The notes under the pieces are model-generated. The model did not search any database and was not told where the DNA came from. It was given only the letters and a program-made list of their open reading frames with translations. Source: Candidatus Marinacidobacterales bacterium (GTDB taxonomy: Bacteria; Acidobacteriota; Vicinamibacteria; Marinacidobacterales; SMYC01). Taken from it: a stretch of DNA of 64,000 bases. The DNA lies in NCBI GenBank assembly GCA_965237955.1, contig OZ250169.1:1856001-1920000 (forward strand). Direction: 5' to 3'. The translations under genes were made by a program, and so were the position numbers. This document shows, in pieces, positions 12,296-22,843 of the stretch; within the stretch, counting starts at the first letter, position 1, and every line of letters begins with the position of its first letter.

Positions 12296-12997
12296 TCATG
12301 CGCGTTCCTTCGTCCACGCGACCAGGCTTTCGAATAGTTTGCGGCCGTCGTCTGTACCGAGCTCGGGTTCATAGCAGCGGTCGGGGTGCGGCATCAAGCC
12401 CACGACGTTTCCTTGCTCATTGGTGATCCCAGCGATGGCGCGAGCGGCGCCGTTCGGATTCGATTCGTCGTCGAGCTCGCCGTCTTCGTTTACGTAGCGG
12501 AAAACGACGCGGTCGTCGCGCTCGAGAGCGTCGAGTGTTTCGTCGACGGCGTAGAAATTTCCGTCGGCATGCCCTATGGGAACGCGCACCACGTCTCCCT
12601 CGCCGAGCGTTTTCGTCATCGGCGAGTCCCGACGCTCCGCGCGCAGGTAGAGGTAGCGGCAAATGTACGTCAAACTCTGGTTCCGCAGCATCGCGCCGGG
12701 TAGGAGGCCGGCTTCTTGCAGCATTTGGAACCCGTTACAGATCCCGATGACGGGCTTTCCTGCCTCCGCCATCGCTTCAACCGAGCTCATGATCGGCGAG
12801 AACCGGGCAATCGCACCGACGCGCAAGTAGTCTCCGTGGGCGAAGCCCCCGGGAAGGATCGCGGCGTCGTAGCCGTCGAGCGACGTTTCCTTGTGCCACA
12901 CGAGATCGGTGGGCTCTCCGAGAACGCTCTCGAGCGCGTAGTGAACGTCCTCTTCGCAATTCGACCCTGGAAAGACGCAGACCGCAAAGCGGGGCAA
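12296..12997 (-). CDS. purQ: FGAM synthase glutaminase subunit PurQ
   Basis: FPGSNC, LPGGFAHGDYLR, GICNGFQ and GLMPHP motifs; TTG start with GGAGG upstream. Confidence 0.96.
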   Translation of the reverse strand: MPRFAVCVFPGSNCEEDVHYALESVLGEPTDLVWHKETSLDGYDAAILPGGFAHGDYLRVGAIARFSPIMSSVEAMAEAGKPVIGICNGFQMLQEAGLLPGAMLRNQSLTYICRYLYLRAERRDSPMTKTLGEGDVVRVPIGHADGNFYAVDETLDALERDDRVVFRYVNEDGELDDESNPNGAARAIAGITNEQGNVVGLMPHPDRCYEPELGTDDGRKLFESLVAWTKERA

Positions 12998-12998
12998 C

Positions 12999-13241
12999 TT
13001 AGCTTTCCACCTCCACTCGAAAAACCTCGAGCACCGGATTGGATAGAACACGCTCGGCGATTTCGCGCGCCATCGCGACCGCTTCGTCTCTCGAGTCCAC
13101 GTCGAGGGTGAGCTCGAAGAACTTCCCCTGGCGGACGCTCGAAACTCTGTCGAAGCCGAGCCCGTCGAGCGCGCGGATGATGGTCTCCCCTTGCGGGTCG
13201 TGGACCGCGGACTTGAGCTTGACGATGACGTTCGCCTTCAT
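12999..13241 (-). CDS. purS: FGAM synthase subunit PurS
   Basis: 80 aa MKANVIVKLKSAVHDPQG...VRQGKFFEL...LSNPVLE; ATGA overlap with purB. Confidence 0.95.
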   Translation of the reverse strand: MKANVIVKLKSAVHDPQGETIIRALDGLGFDRVSSVRQGKFFELTLDVDSRDEAVAMAREIAERVLSNPVLEVFRVEVES

Positions 13242-14542
13242 GAGCATGATCCGAACACGCGTTGGTAGATGGTGTCGATGTGCTCCATTTGTCTCTCCAG
13301 AACGAATGCTTCGTCGAGCTCGTCGTCCGACAGCCACTTCCCGATGTCGTCGTCGCCGCCGAGGAGCTCGCGCAACGTGCCTTTGTCTTGCCACACCGCC
13401 ATCGCGCTCCGCTGTACGAGACGATAGGCGTCTTCGCGCGCAAGCCCCTTCTTCGCGAGCAACAAGAGTACTTGACCGCTGAAGACCAGACCGTTCATGG
13501 AGTCGAGGTTCGCTCGCATCGTCTCCGGATAGACGATCAGGTTGTCGAGCACCGTCGTCGCCCGCCGGAGAATGTGGTCGGTGAGGATGTAGCTCGACGG
13601 CAGGATCATCCGCTCGGCGGACGAATGCGAGATGTCGCGCTCGTTCCAAAGCGGCACGTTCTCGAGCGCGGTCTGGAGATTTCCCCGGATGACACGGGCG
13701 AGACCGGAGATCTGTTCGCTCGCCACCGGATTGCGCTTGTGGGGCATCGCCGAAGAGCCTTTTTGTTTGTCCGAGAAAAACTCCTCGACCTCGCGAATCT
13801 CGGTTCGTTGCAGGCTCCGGATCTCGACGGCGATCTTGTCGAGTGTGCTCGCGGTGATGGCGAGGGCCGACATCGCTTCTGCGTGGCGGTCGCGTTGCAA
13901 CACTTGAGTCGAGATCGGTGCGGCTTTCAGGCCGAGCTTGGCGCACAGCTTTTCCTCGATATCGGGGGGCAGGTGCGCGAAGGTGCCGACCGCGCCGGAG
14001 AGCTTGCCGACGGCGACGGCGTCGCGGGCGGCGGCCAACCGGGTGCGGTTTCTCTCCATCTCCGCGTGCCAGAGCGCGAGCTTCATCCCGAAGGTCATCG
14101 GCTCCGCGTGCACGCCGTGGGTGCGCCCGACCATGATCGTTCGTTTGTGGTCGAGGGCTCTGGCCTTCAACACCCCGAGGAGCGCGTCGACGTTTTTCAA
14201 GATCAAATCGGTGGCGTCTCGGAGACGCATGCCGAGCGCGGTGTCGACGACGTCGTAGCTCGTCAGCCCGAAGTGAACGAACCGCCCCGCGTCGCCGACG
14301 TTTTCCGCCATCGCCTGGGTGAAGGCGATGACGTCGTGTTTCACGTCTTTTTCGATCGCGTCGATACGCTCGATAGAGTAGGCGCCCCTCGCCCGGATCT
14401 CCTCGGCCGCTTTCTTGGGGATGATGCCGGCTTCGGCCATGACCTCGGCCGCCGCGGTCTCGACTTCCATCCAGGCATCGAATTTCGCCTCTTCGCTCCA
14501 GATCCGGCCCATCTCGGGATGGACGTAGCGATCGGTCAACAT
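13238..14542 (-). CDS. purB: Adenylosuccinate lyase
   Basis: HFGLTSYD, GRTHGVHAEP and GSSAMPHKRNP motifs. Confidence 0.97.
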   Translation of the reverse strand: MLTDRYVHPEMGRIWSEEAKFDAWMEVETAAAEVMAEAGIIPKKAAEEIRARGAYSIERIDAIEKDVKHDVIAFTQAMAENVGDAGRFVHFGLTSYDVVDTALGMRLRDATDLILKNVDALLGVLKARALDHKRTIMVGRTHGVHAEPMTFGMKLALWHAEMERNRTRLAAARDAVAVGKLSGAVGTFAHLPPDIEEKLCAKLGLKAAPISTQVLQRDRHAEAMSALAITASTLDKIAVEIRSLQRTEIREVEEFFSDKQKGSSAMPHKRNPVASEQISGLARVIRGNLQTALENVPLWNERDISHSSAERMILPSSYILTDHILRRATTVLDNLIVYPETMRANLDSMNGLVFSGQVLLLLAKKGLAREDAYRLVQRSAMAVWQDKGTLRELLGGDDDIGKWLSDDELDEAFVLERQMEHIDTIYQRVFGSCS

Positions 14543-15378
14543 TAGGAGAACACCAAAACGCCTTGCTTCTGATCGTCTCTGGCGGTGCGCGGCTCACTCA
14601 AACGGAGCAGAGGCGTCGGTCGGTGCGCGTAGGTCAGGTGCAGTTTGGGGGCACGCCCCCCGCGGCGGGCGAGCGCACTGACACAGCAGTCGAGCGCGAG
14701 GCGTTCGTGATTGTTTTGTTGCGACAAGTGCGCGAGAAAGAGATGGCGCACGCCGTCGGGTAGTCGGTGCTCGAGATAGGTCGCGAGCGCGTCGTTCGAC
14801 AAGTGGCCCCATCGACTGCCGACGCGTTGTCGGATGGACGCGGGGTAGTCGCTGTCGCGCAGCATCTCGACGTCGTGGTTCGCTTCGATGAGAATGGCGG
14901 AGCAGCCGCGGAGCCCGTCCACGACGTCGTCGGACATGTGTCCGATGTCGGTGACGTGACCGAACGCGAGCTTCCCGCGCCGGAGTCGAAATCCGACGGG
15001 GTCGGCCGCGTCGTGCGGAGTCGGGAAGAGATCGATCGTGATCCTGCCGAGCTTGACACTCGAGCCGGAGCGCACGCGCACCCAATCGACATGCTTCTGG
15101 GGTAGCTGTTTGATGCCGCGGTACGTGCCTTCGGTCGAGTACAAGCGAGCGTCGTGTCGGTTGCAAAACCGCCACGCACCTTTGGAGTGATCGCTGTGCT
15201 CGTGGGAGAGCAACACGCCGTCGATATGGCCCGGAGCGATCCCGAGCGTTCGCAGCCGGTTTTCAATCTCTCGACACGCTAGACCGGCGTCGAGGAGGAG
15301 CCTCACCGAGCCATCAGAGACGAAAGTGACATTGCCTGAGCTGCCGCTGCCTAGAACGGAGATGTGAAATTCAGGCAA
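14542..15378 (-). CDS. MBL-fold metallo-hydrolase (YycJ/WalJ-like)
   Basis: LGSGSSGN, SHEHSDH, PHDA, EANHD, GHLSN and AHLS motifs. Confidence 0.9.
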   Translation of the reverse strand: MPEFHISVLGSGSSGNVTFVSDGSVRLLLDAGLACREIENRLRTLGIAPGHIDGVLLSHEHSDHSKGAWRFCNRHDARLYSTEGTYRGIKQLPQKHVDWVRVRSGSSVKLGRITIDLFPTPHDAADPVGFRLRRGKLAFGHVTDIGHMSDDVVDGLRGCSAILIEANHDVEMLRDSDYPASIRQRVGSRWGHLSNDALATYLEHRLPDGVRHLFLAHLSQQNNHERLALDCCVSALARRGGRAPKLHLTYAHRPTPLLRLSEPRTARDDQKQGVLVFS

Positions 15379-16628
15379 CCAGCGTCTCCGGTTTGGGATC
15401 GAAGTGAGCGCTGGCGCCGAGAAGCGTCATCGCGAGTGGTCGCTCGTTGAACATTTCCGTGGCTAGACGCAAGACGTCCTCGCTCGTCACCGCCTCGAAG
15501 CTTTCGAGCGCTTCCTCCACGGGGATGTGACGCCCGAAGGTCATTTCCTGTCTCGCCGCACGCGACATGCGCGCGCCGTTGGACTCGAGACCCATCAACG
15601 TGGCTCTGCGGAGATGAGCTTTCGCGCGCTCGAGCTCGTCGGCGGGCACCGGCTCGGCTTTGATCCGGCTGAGCTCGCGCAAGGTGAGATCCAACACGTC
15701 GGCGACGTTTTTCGGATCGGTTCCAGCGTACACCGTGAACTGCCCGCAATCCTGAAAGCTCGAGAGACCCGAATAGACCGAGTACGCGAGACCATGCTGT
15801 TCGCGAATGACCTGAAACAGTCTCGAGCTCAAATTACCTCCGAGCACGGCATTCAGAACGTAGCATGCGAACCGATCGGGAGATGCTGACCGAGGGGCAA
15901 CCGTGCCCACCACGAGATGGGCTTGTTCGAGATCTTTTTCTTGCACCCGTACCGTCGAGGCGACGTCGGGTGGCGTCACCGAGAGGTCGTCGGGTGGGCG
16001 TTTGCAATCGTTCGAAGTGAGATTGCACGAGCTTGGCGAGATCGCTGTGCTCGAGCCGACCGGCGGCAGCGACGATGATGTTGCTCGGCGCGTAGATCTT
16101 GCGGAAGAACGTGACGAGATCGTCGCGGCTGAAGCTTCCCACCGTTTCGGGAATGCCGAGAATGGGGCGACCGATCGGGTGATTGGGCCAGAAAAATTCA
16201 CAGAACATGTCGTGAACGAGCTCTTCGGGTGAGTCCTCGACGCTCTTGATCTCTTCGAAAATGACCCTGCGCTCGCGCTCGAGCTCACAGGCGTCGAAGC
16301 GAGGCGCGAGCACGATGTCGGAAAGCAGGTCGACCGCCCGGGGTAGATCTTCTCCCAGGACTTTGGCGTGGAAGCCCGCGTACTCCTGGGAAGTGAAAGC
16401 GTCGGTTTGCCCGCCGATTTCGTCCATTTCCTGGGCGATCCTCGCCTGAGTGCGGCGCTCGGTGCCCTTGAACACCATATGCTCGATGAAGTGCGAGAGC
16501 CCGCTTTCCTTCTCGGTCTCGTGCCGACTCCCGCGTTTCAGCCACACCCCGACCGTCACCGAAGGCACGTGAGCCATCTCTTCGGTGAGAATCGTAAGTC
16601 CGTTATCTAGAACCCGTTTACGGAGCAT
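15371..16628 (-). CDS. M16B-family zinc peptidase, frameshifted near 15995
   Basis: HFIEHMVFKGT (HxxEH) in ORF 15834..16628; the C-terminal half (LEQAHLVVG..LGGNLSSRLFQ) lies in ORF 15371..16288. Confidence 0.88.
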
Positions 16629-16685
16629 CCGAGAAGAAGGAAGATTATCACAAGGCGGCTCGACCCATCAATGAGGTGAAAGAGA

Positions 16686-16762
16686 CAACGCAAAGGCGCA
16701 AAGAAAGGATCAGCGCCGAAGGCGCTCACTTTGCGTCTTTGCGACTCCGCGCCTTTGCGTTG
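16686..16762. repeat. REP-like palindromic element, copy 2
   Basis: CAACGCAAAGGCGC ... GCGCCTTTGCGTTG, the same core as copy 1. Confidence 0.8.
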
Positions 16763-16814
16763 ACTTTTTCTCGCCGCAGAACAGGCTGCATAGAACATCT
16801 GCTAGCATGCAGTC

Positions 16815-17837
16815 GTGAAGAATTTGTTTGGGTTGACTCGCGCTGAGCTCGAGGCGGAGATCGAATCGCTCGGTCGTCCGGCCTATCGGGGGCGGCAGGT
16901 TTATCGCTGGATCTACGCGCGCGCGGTAAATGACTTCGAGGCGATGACGGATCTGTCGCGTGAGCTCCGGAACGAGCTTGCGGCCGCTTACACGCTCACG
17001 AAGCCTGCGATCGCGGAGCGTCACGTGTCCCGCGACGGCACCATCAAGTTCCTGCTCGCGCTCTCAGATGGAAGGAATGTCGAAACGGTTTACATCCCCG
17101 ACGGTGAACGGCACACGTTTTGTCTGTCGACCCAAGTGGGATGCCCGCTCAAGTGCACCTTCTGTTTCTCGGGGACGATCCGGTTCGAGCGCAATCTTGA
17201 GCCCGGGGAGATCCTCGCGCAGTTCATGCTCGCGCGCCACGAGCTTCCGGAGCTGCCTGCCCGCAGCAACATCGTGTTCATGGGAATGGGTGAGCCGCTC
17301 TTGAACTCGGACGGGGTGTTGACCGCGCTCGACGTCCTGACCGATGAAGACGCACTCGCGGTCTCGCCGCATCGTATCACGGTGTCGACGGCGGGCCTCG
17401 TCGATGAGCTGGAGCGGTTTTCTTCGAAAGCTCCATTGGTCGGCTTGGCGATCAGTCTTCACGCGACCACGAACGCCGTTCGCGACCGCGTCATGCCCAT
17501 CAACCGAAAACACCCCATCGAAGAATTGATCGCAGCAGCGCGCGCGCTTCCGCGAGCGCGTCGTCGCCGCATCACTTTCGAGTACGTGCTCCTCGGCGGC
17601 GAGAACGACACACCTGCTGATGCGAAGCGACTCGCGACTCTACTCGAGGGTGTCAAAGCAAAGATCAACGTCATCGCGTACAACCCGTGGCCCGGTGCGC
17701 CCCACCGACGCGCGACGCCGGAAGCGACCGAGCGTTTCATGGACGTGCTGACCGAGGCGGGGTTGACGGTGAGCTTGCGACGAAGCCGTGGCGACGATGT
17801 GCTGGCTGCGTGCGGGCAGCTCGCGAATCAATTTTGA
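16815..17837 (+). CDS. rlmN: 23S rRNA m2A2503 / tRNA methyltransferase RlmN
   Basis: CLSTQVGCPLKCTFC, FMGMGEP and AACGQL motifs. Confidence 0.96.
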   Translation: MKNLFGLTRAELEAEIESLGRPAYRGRQVYRWIYARAVNDFEAMTDLSRELRNELAAAYTLTKPAIAERHVSRDGTIKFLLALSDGRNVETVYIPDGERHTFCLSTQVGCPLKCTFCFSGTIRFERNLEPGEILAQFMLARHELPELPARSNIVFMGMGEPLLNSDGVLTALDVLTDEDALAVSPHRITVSTAGLVDELERFSSKAPLVGLAISLHATTNAVRDRVMPINRKHPIEELIAAARALPRARRRRITFEYVLLGGENDTPADAKRLATLLEGVKAKINVIAYNPWPGAPHRRATPEATERFMDVLTEAGLTVSLRRSRGDDVLAACGQLANQF

Positions 17838-17876
17838 TCGGGCTCGGGCACGGGCACGGCTTAGGAAACAGCCGCA

Positions 17877-18377
17877 TCACAGTTCGTTTTGCAGTTTCTC
17901 GGAAGCTTCTTCGACTTCCTTGGCTTTTTGCGCGCGGAAGGCACGGATGCGGTCGGCGAGCCCATCGTCCGAGGTTGCGAGGATTTGCGCGGCGAGGTGG
18001 GCGGCGTTGCGCGCGCCCGCTTTTCCGATCGCGACCGTCGCGACAGGAAAGCCCGCCGGCATTTGTACGGTTGCCAGGAGCGCGTCCATTCCACCGAGCG
18101 ATGTCGCTGACAACGGGACACCGATGACGGGTAAATGCGTGTGCGCGGCCATCGCACCTGCCAAGTGGGCGGCAGCGCCCGCGCCTGCAATTAAAACTTT
18201 GACACCGCGGGAAGCCGCTTCGGAAGCGAGCTTGGCCGAGCGCTCGGGCGTGCGGTGCGCTGAATAGACGCCCATCTCGAAGGGGATGTCGAGCTCTCGC
18301 AATACGACCGCCGCCTCGGTCATGACTTCCTTGTCGGAGATGCTCCCTATGACGATGATGACCTTGGGTGACGACAA
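17877..18377 (-). CDS. purE: N5-CAIR mutase PurE
   Basis: GSISD, SAHRTP, AGAAAHL and VQMPAGFPVAT motifs. Confidence 0.96.
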   Translation of the reverse strand: MSSPKVIIVIGSISDKEVMTEAAVVLRELDIPFEMGVYSAHRTPERSAKLASEAASRGVKVLIAGAGAAAHLAGAMAAHTHLPVIGVPLSATSLGGMDALLATVQMPAGFPVATVAIGKAGARNAAHLAAQILATSDDGLADRIRAFRAQKAKEVEEASEKLQNEL

Positions 18378-18378
18378 C

Positions 18379-19674
18379 CTAACCTCCCTGAAACCGGGCG
18401 AGCGCTTTCTGACCGATGTCCTTCCGGTACTGGCGCCCATCGAAGCGAATGCGATCCACACCCTGATACGAGCGCTCGATCGCCGCTTGCAGATTCTGGC
18501 CTAACGCCGTGACCGCGAGCACCCGCCCTCCCGCGGTCACGAGCTTGTCGTCTTCCATCTTGGTGCCGGCGTGGAAAACGTACGTGCCTTCATCGAGCTC
18601 GACGCTTCCCGGATCGATCCCTTCGATCGCCTTGCCGGTTTCGTACTTCCCTGGATATCCGCCCGAGGCGAGAACGACGCTGACCGCGGGCTCGCGGGTC
18701 CATTCGGGACGATGCTGCCCGAGCGTTCCTTCGGCGACTTCGACGAGCAGCGGGAGAATATCGCCTTTCAATCGCGGCAAGATGGCCTGCGCCTCGGGAT
18801 CTCCGAAGCGCACGTTGAACTCGAGCACTTTGGGACCTTCGCTCGTCAACATCAGCCCGCAGTAAAGAAGGCCCTGGTATTTCCTTCCCTCGGCGGCGAG
18901 TCCCGAGATCGTGGGGTTGACGATGTCCTTGACGATGCTCTTCAACGTTTCGGCTTTCAAGTTCGTCGCGGGACAGATGCATCCCATGCCGCCGGTGTTG
19001 GGACCCTCGTCGCCGTCGTACGCGCGCTTGTGATCTTGAGCGGCGACGAGCGGGAGAACGTGATGGCCGTCGGAGAGCGCGAAAAACGACACCTCTTCGC
19101 CCTCGAGAAATTCCTCGAGCACGAGCCGTGTCCCCGCGCTTCCGAGCTGACGGTCGTCGATGAGCTTGGCGGCTTCGGCGAGCGCCTCTTCACGATTGGA
19201 GATGATGGCAACGCCCTTTCCGCCGGCGAGTCCGTCGGCCTTGACCACGAGCGGCATGCCGACCTCTTCGCTCTCGATCACCGAGGTCGCTTCCTCCATG
19301 CTGTTCACCACGTGATAGCGGGCGGTGGGAATGGCGTGGCGTTGTAGGAAATCCTTCGCGAACGCTTTACTGCCTTCGAGCTCCGCGGCCGCTCGGTTGG
19401 GACCGAATACACTGAGCCCGCGACGCTCGAACTCGTCCGCGAGGCCGAGAATCAGCGGGAGCTCGGGACCGACCACGGTGAGACCGATGGAGAGATTCTC
19501 GGCAAAATCAGCGAGTTCGACGATGTCGGAGGGGTCGATGTCGACGCAATCCGCGAGGCTCGCGATGCCGGCGTTTCCCGGAGCGCAGTAGAGCTCGGAC
19601 ACCTCCGGGCTTTGCTCGAGCTTCCACGCGAGGGCGTGCTCACGCCCGCCTCCCCCTACGACGAGCACCCTCAC
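18379..19674 (-). CDS. purD: Phosphoribosylamine-glycine ligase
   Basis: GGGGREHA, KADGLAGGKGV, QDHKR and EFNVRFGDPE motifs. Confidence 0.97.
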   Translation of the reverse strand: MRVLVVGGGGREHALAWKLEQSPEVSELYCAPGNAGIASLADCVDIDPSDIVELADFAENLSIGLTVVGPELPLILGLADEFERRGLSVFGPNRAAAELEGSKAFAKDFLQRHAIPTARYHVVNSMEEATSVIESEEVGMPLVVKADGLAGGKGVAIISNREEALAEAAKLIDDRQLGSAGTRLVLEEFLEGEEVSFFALSDGHHVLPLVAAQDHKRAYDGDEGPNTGGMGCICPATNLKAETLKSIVKDIVNPTISGLAAEGRKYQGLLYCGLMLTSEGPKVLEFNVRFGDPEAQAILPRLKGDILPLLVEVAEGTLGQHRPEWTREPAVSVVLASGGYPGKYETGKAIEGIDPGSVELDEGTYVFHAGTKMEDDKLVTAGGRVLAVTALGQNLQAAIERSYQGVDRIRFDGRQYRKDIGQKALARFQGG

Positions 19675-19731
19675 GAAATCGCCGTCAAATTCAATATTAT
19701 CAGCAACTTACGATACTCATTGAATCTCGTG

Positions 19732-19761
19732 ATTATCCCACGGAGGCTCGGAAGGTGTCAA
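19732..19761 (-). promoter_or_regulatory. Putative sigma70 promoter for purD
   Basis: Minus strand TTGACA-18 nt-GATAAT. Confidence 0.55.
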
Positions 19762-19790
19762 CATTTTGGGTTGCGCGTGGTGGGAGGCAG

Positions 19791-19820
19791 TTGACAACCT
19801 GTAACCTCGTTACTTATAGT
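19791..19820 (+). promoter_or_regulatory. Putative sigma70 promoter for rpsU
   Basis: TTGACA-18 nt-TATAGT. Confidence 0.6.
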
Positions 19821-19988
19821 AGTTTCGAGTCGAGCGGGCTTCTATAACCGCACCATCGCGTTCGCCTGCATCCAATCTTCGCAATAGAGTTGGTTTCTTC
19901 TCTGCCGCCTCTCTTGAGGATGTCGTGACGTTTTCGTGGCGCGGTGCTGGCTCGATGACCTTGAAAAGGAAGGGGGGTGCTGTCGCCA

Positions 19989-20189
19989 TTGGCAGAGATT
20001 AGAGTCAACGATAACGAGTCGATCGAGAGTGCGCTGAGACGTTTCAAGCGCAAAGTGCAGCAAGAGGACATCATCAAAGAGATCAAGAAACACTCGTACT
20101 ACATGAAGCCAGGGGACAAGCGACGCGCCAAACAGGCACTAGCACGTAAGCGCCAGCGCAAGAAGATGCGCCGCGAACAGTCGGATTAG
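19989..20189 (+). CDS. rpsU: 30S ribosomal protein bS21
   Basis: ESIESALRRFKRKV...EIKKHSYYMKP; TTG start. Confidence 0.96.
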   Translation: MAEIRVNDNESIESALRRFKRKVQQEDIIKEIKKHSYYMKPGDKRRAKQALARKRQRKKMRREQSD

Positions 20190-20246
20190 CCAGCTAAGTG
20201 CGGCGGGCAGCAACCGGTGTCCGCCGCACGCATCGGCCATCAGCCA

Positions 20247-21233
20247 TCAGCGAGACTGTAGCGAGGTGATCGCGGCGACATTGACAATATCCTCCACGCT
20301 GCAACCACGCGAGAGATCGTTGGCGGGCATCGCCAGGCCTTGAAGGATGGGACCGATAGCGGCCGCACCTGCGAGGCGCTCGATGAGCTTGCAGGCGATG
20401 TTTCCAGAGTCCAAGTCTGGAAAAATCAGCGTATTCGCCCGGCCCGCCACTTCGCTCGCGGGGGCTTTTCTTTGCCCGACCTCGGGCACGATCGCAGCGT
20501 CGGCTTGAAGCTCGCCGTCGGTCGCGAGCGCGGGAGCGCGCGCTTTCAGCGTCTCCGCCGCCTCGGCAACCTTGCGCACGTGCGGGTGGTCCGCGCTTCC
20601 TTTCGTTGAAAACGACAACAGCGCGACTCGGGGCTCGATTTCGAGGAACAGACGGGTGTTGGCCGCGGCGAGCTCGGCGATCTCGACGAGCTCGGTCGCG
20701 CTCGGATCGGGCAACACAGCGCAGTCGGCGAACAAATATTGTCCGCGTTCGTCGGCGAAGCACATGAGAAAGAAGCTGGAGACTCGCCGGACACCTTCCT
20801 GGGTGCCGAAGACGCGGATCGCGGGACGCAATACGTTGGCGGTGCTGTTGAGAGCCCCGGCGACGTAGCCGGCCGCGTCCCCGGCGGCGACCATTAGCGC
20901 ACCGAAATAGATAGGGTCTTGGGCCTGGTTTCTCGCCTCGTCCTCGGAGATGCCTTTGTGACGGCCCATCTGGTAGAGACGCTCGCCGTAAATATCTGCT
21001 CTGGCGCGGTTTTGCGAGGAGTGGATCTCGATGTTCCCGAGGCTCACGCCCGCCGATCGCGCTGCATCGTGGACGGCATCCGGCTCCCCAATCAGAACGG
21101 GCTCGGCGACGCCTCGGGTGCGCATCGAAACCGCCGCTTTCAGGGTGCGGGGCTCGGTCGACTCGGGCAGGACGATGCGCTTCTTGTCGGAAGCGGCGCG
21201 CTCCTGGAGTTTTTGCAGAAACGGGTCGGACAT
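20247..21233 (-). CDS. pta: Phosphate acetyltransferase
   Basis: [28 protein letters not shown] and NDLSRGC motifs. Confidence 0.95.
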   Translation of the reverse strand: MSDPFLQKLQERAASDKKRIVLPESTEPRTLKAAVSMRTRGVAEPVLIGEPDAVHDAARSAGVSLGNIEIHSSQNRARADIYGERLYQMGRHKGISEDEARNQAQDPIYFGALMVAAGDAAGYVAGALNSTANVLRPAIRVFGTQEGVRRVSSFFLMCFADERGQYLFADCAVLPDPSATELVEIAELAAANTRLFLEIEPRVALLSFSTKGSADHPHVRKVAEAAETLKARAPALATDGELQADAAIVPEVGQRKAPASEVAGRANTLIFPDLDSGNIACKLIERLAGAAAIGPILQGLAMPANDLSRGCSVEDIVNVAAITSLQSR

Positions 21234-21378
21234 CGAAGCGGCGAGTCTAGCACACGCATTGATGACCCAATAAGTGGCCCCGGCTCAGATAGTTTGACAA
21301 GGTATGGCGAGTGTGATAATTTTGTAGGGCTTCGAATAAAAGGGCGATGCCCTTGGTTTCTAGGAGGAACTCTTAGCA

Positions 21379-21717
21379 ATGAAGATCGAAGAACGAGCAG
21401 TCGATGGCGTCACCATCTTGGATCTGCATGGCAAAATGCTCATTGGTGAAGGTGACGAGCTGCTTCGCGAGAAAATCAATAGTTTAGTCGAGAACGGAAC
21501 CGAGAAAATCGTGCTGAATCTGGCCGAGGTTCCCTACGTCGACAGTGCCGGCCTGGGTGAAATCGTTCGCTGCTATACGACCGTCAGCCGCAAGAACGGT
21601 GAGTTCAAGCTCTTGAACTTGACCAAACGCATTCACGACCTGCTGTCGATCACGAAGCTTCTGACCGTCTTCGATACCTACGAAGACGAAGCGTCCGTGG
21701 TCAAGAGCTTTGCCTAA
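21379..21717 (+). CDS. STAS-domain anti-sigma factor antagonist
   Basis: VPYVDSAGLG phospho-Ser motif; AGGAGG RBS. Confidence 0.93.
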   Translation: MKIEERAVDGVTILDLHGKMLIGEGDELLREKINSLVENGTEKIVLNLAEVPYVDSAGLGEIVRCYTTVSRKNGEFKLLNLTKRIHDLLSITKLLTVFDTYEDEASVVKSFA

Positions 21718-21869
21718 GGAGACGTCGAGACGTCGAGGCGCCGGATTCGTTTGGACAAGCCTTGCACCGGAAGGAGTAAGGAAGCCAACGAGTGAGGAAG
21801 CTAGGGCGTAGACAAGTTGCTCCGTTCGCGGATGCGGCGGCCTTTCGTCAGCAAAGGTAAAATGCGCTG

Positions 21870-22763
21870 GTGTCTCTTGCTCGCCAGCTCAAACAGCTCC
21901 TCATATCCCTACGCCCACACCAGTGGACAAAAAATCTAATTGTACTCGCAGCGCTCATCTTCGCGGAGCGCCTGTTCGACGGCCCCTCGGTAACGGCCGC
22001 GGCGATTGCGTTCGGGATTTTTTGCTTGCTGTCGGGCGCGGTCTATCTCGTCAACGACCTGGTAGACGTCGAGCAGGATCGTCGGCACCCGGTGAAGCGG
22101 GACCGGCCTTTGGCGAGAGGGAAGTTGTCGCGGGTTGTGGCGCTTGCGGCGGCGGTATCGATCGTCGTCGTCGGTCTCACGGGCGCGTTTTTACTTGGGA
22201 CTCGGTTCGGGATTGCGGCCCTCGTCTACTTTATGATGATGACCGCGTATTCCTTGGCGCTCAAGAACGTCGTTATTCTGGACGTTCTCGTCGTCGCGCT
22301 GGGTTTCGTGCTGAGGGCCGTCGCCGGAGCGCTGGCGATCGACGTGGCGTTCAGCAACTGGCTCTTGGTATGCACATTGCTGGGCGCGTTGTTTCTGGCT
22401 CTCGCCAAACGGCGACACGAGCTGACGCTCTTGGCGGATGAAGCAGCGGAGCATCGGAGGATTCTAGGAGAGTATAGTCCCTATCTGTTGGATCAGATGA
22501 TTGCCGTGGTGACGGCTTCGACCCTGGTCTCGTACGCGCTCTACACGTTGGCGCCGGAGACCGTGGACAGATTCGGAACGGATCGATTCATATGGACGCT
22601 TCCTTTGGTGTTGTATGGGATTTTTCGTTACCTGTACCTCGTGCATCGAAAGGAAGCGGGGGGAGATCCTAGTCGGGTGCTCCTCAATGATAGGCCGATT
22701 CTCGTGACAGTGGCGCTTTGGGCAGCGGCGGTGGTCACGTTGATTTACCACGGAAGCCGTTAG
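21870..22763 (+). CDS. UbiA-family decaprenyl-phosphate phosphoribosyltransferase-like protein
   Basis: RPHQWTKN, YLVNDLVDVEQDRRHPVKRDRP and AKRRHE motifs; multiple TM segments. Confidence 0.9.
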   Translation: MSLARQLKQLLISLRPHQWTKNLIVLAALIFAERLFDGPSVTAAAIAFGIFCLLSGAVYLVNDLVDVEQDRRHPVKRDRPLARGKLSRVVALAAAVSIVVVGLTGAFLLGTRFGIAALVYFMMMTAYSLALKNVVILDVLVVALGFVLRAVAGALAIDVAFSNWLLVCTLLGALFLALAKRRHELTLLADEAAEHRRILGEYSPYLLDQMIAVVTASTLVSYALYTLAPETVDRFGTDRFIWTLPLVLYGIFRYLYLVHRKEAGGDPSRVLLNDRPILVTVALWAAAVVTLIYHGSR

Positions 22764-22843
22764 GGTATAGACTCTCCGAAACGACGAACTGCCCAGCGTA
22801 GTGAACGTGTTCGCCAACTTCGGCAAACACGGTTAGGAGGCCT

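Noticed and set aside
12999-14597. 532-aa ORF suggesting a long PurS fusion
   Set aside because: Only the last 80 aa are PurS; the rest is an alternate frame of purB.
21294-21320. Promoter TTGACA..GATAAT before the STAS gene
   Set aside because: The 15-nt spacer is too short to call confidently.
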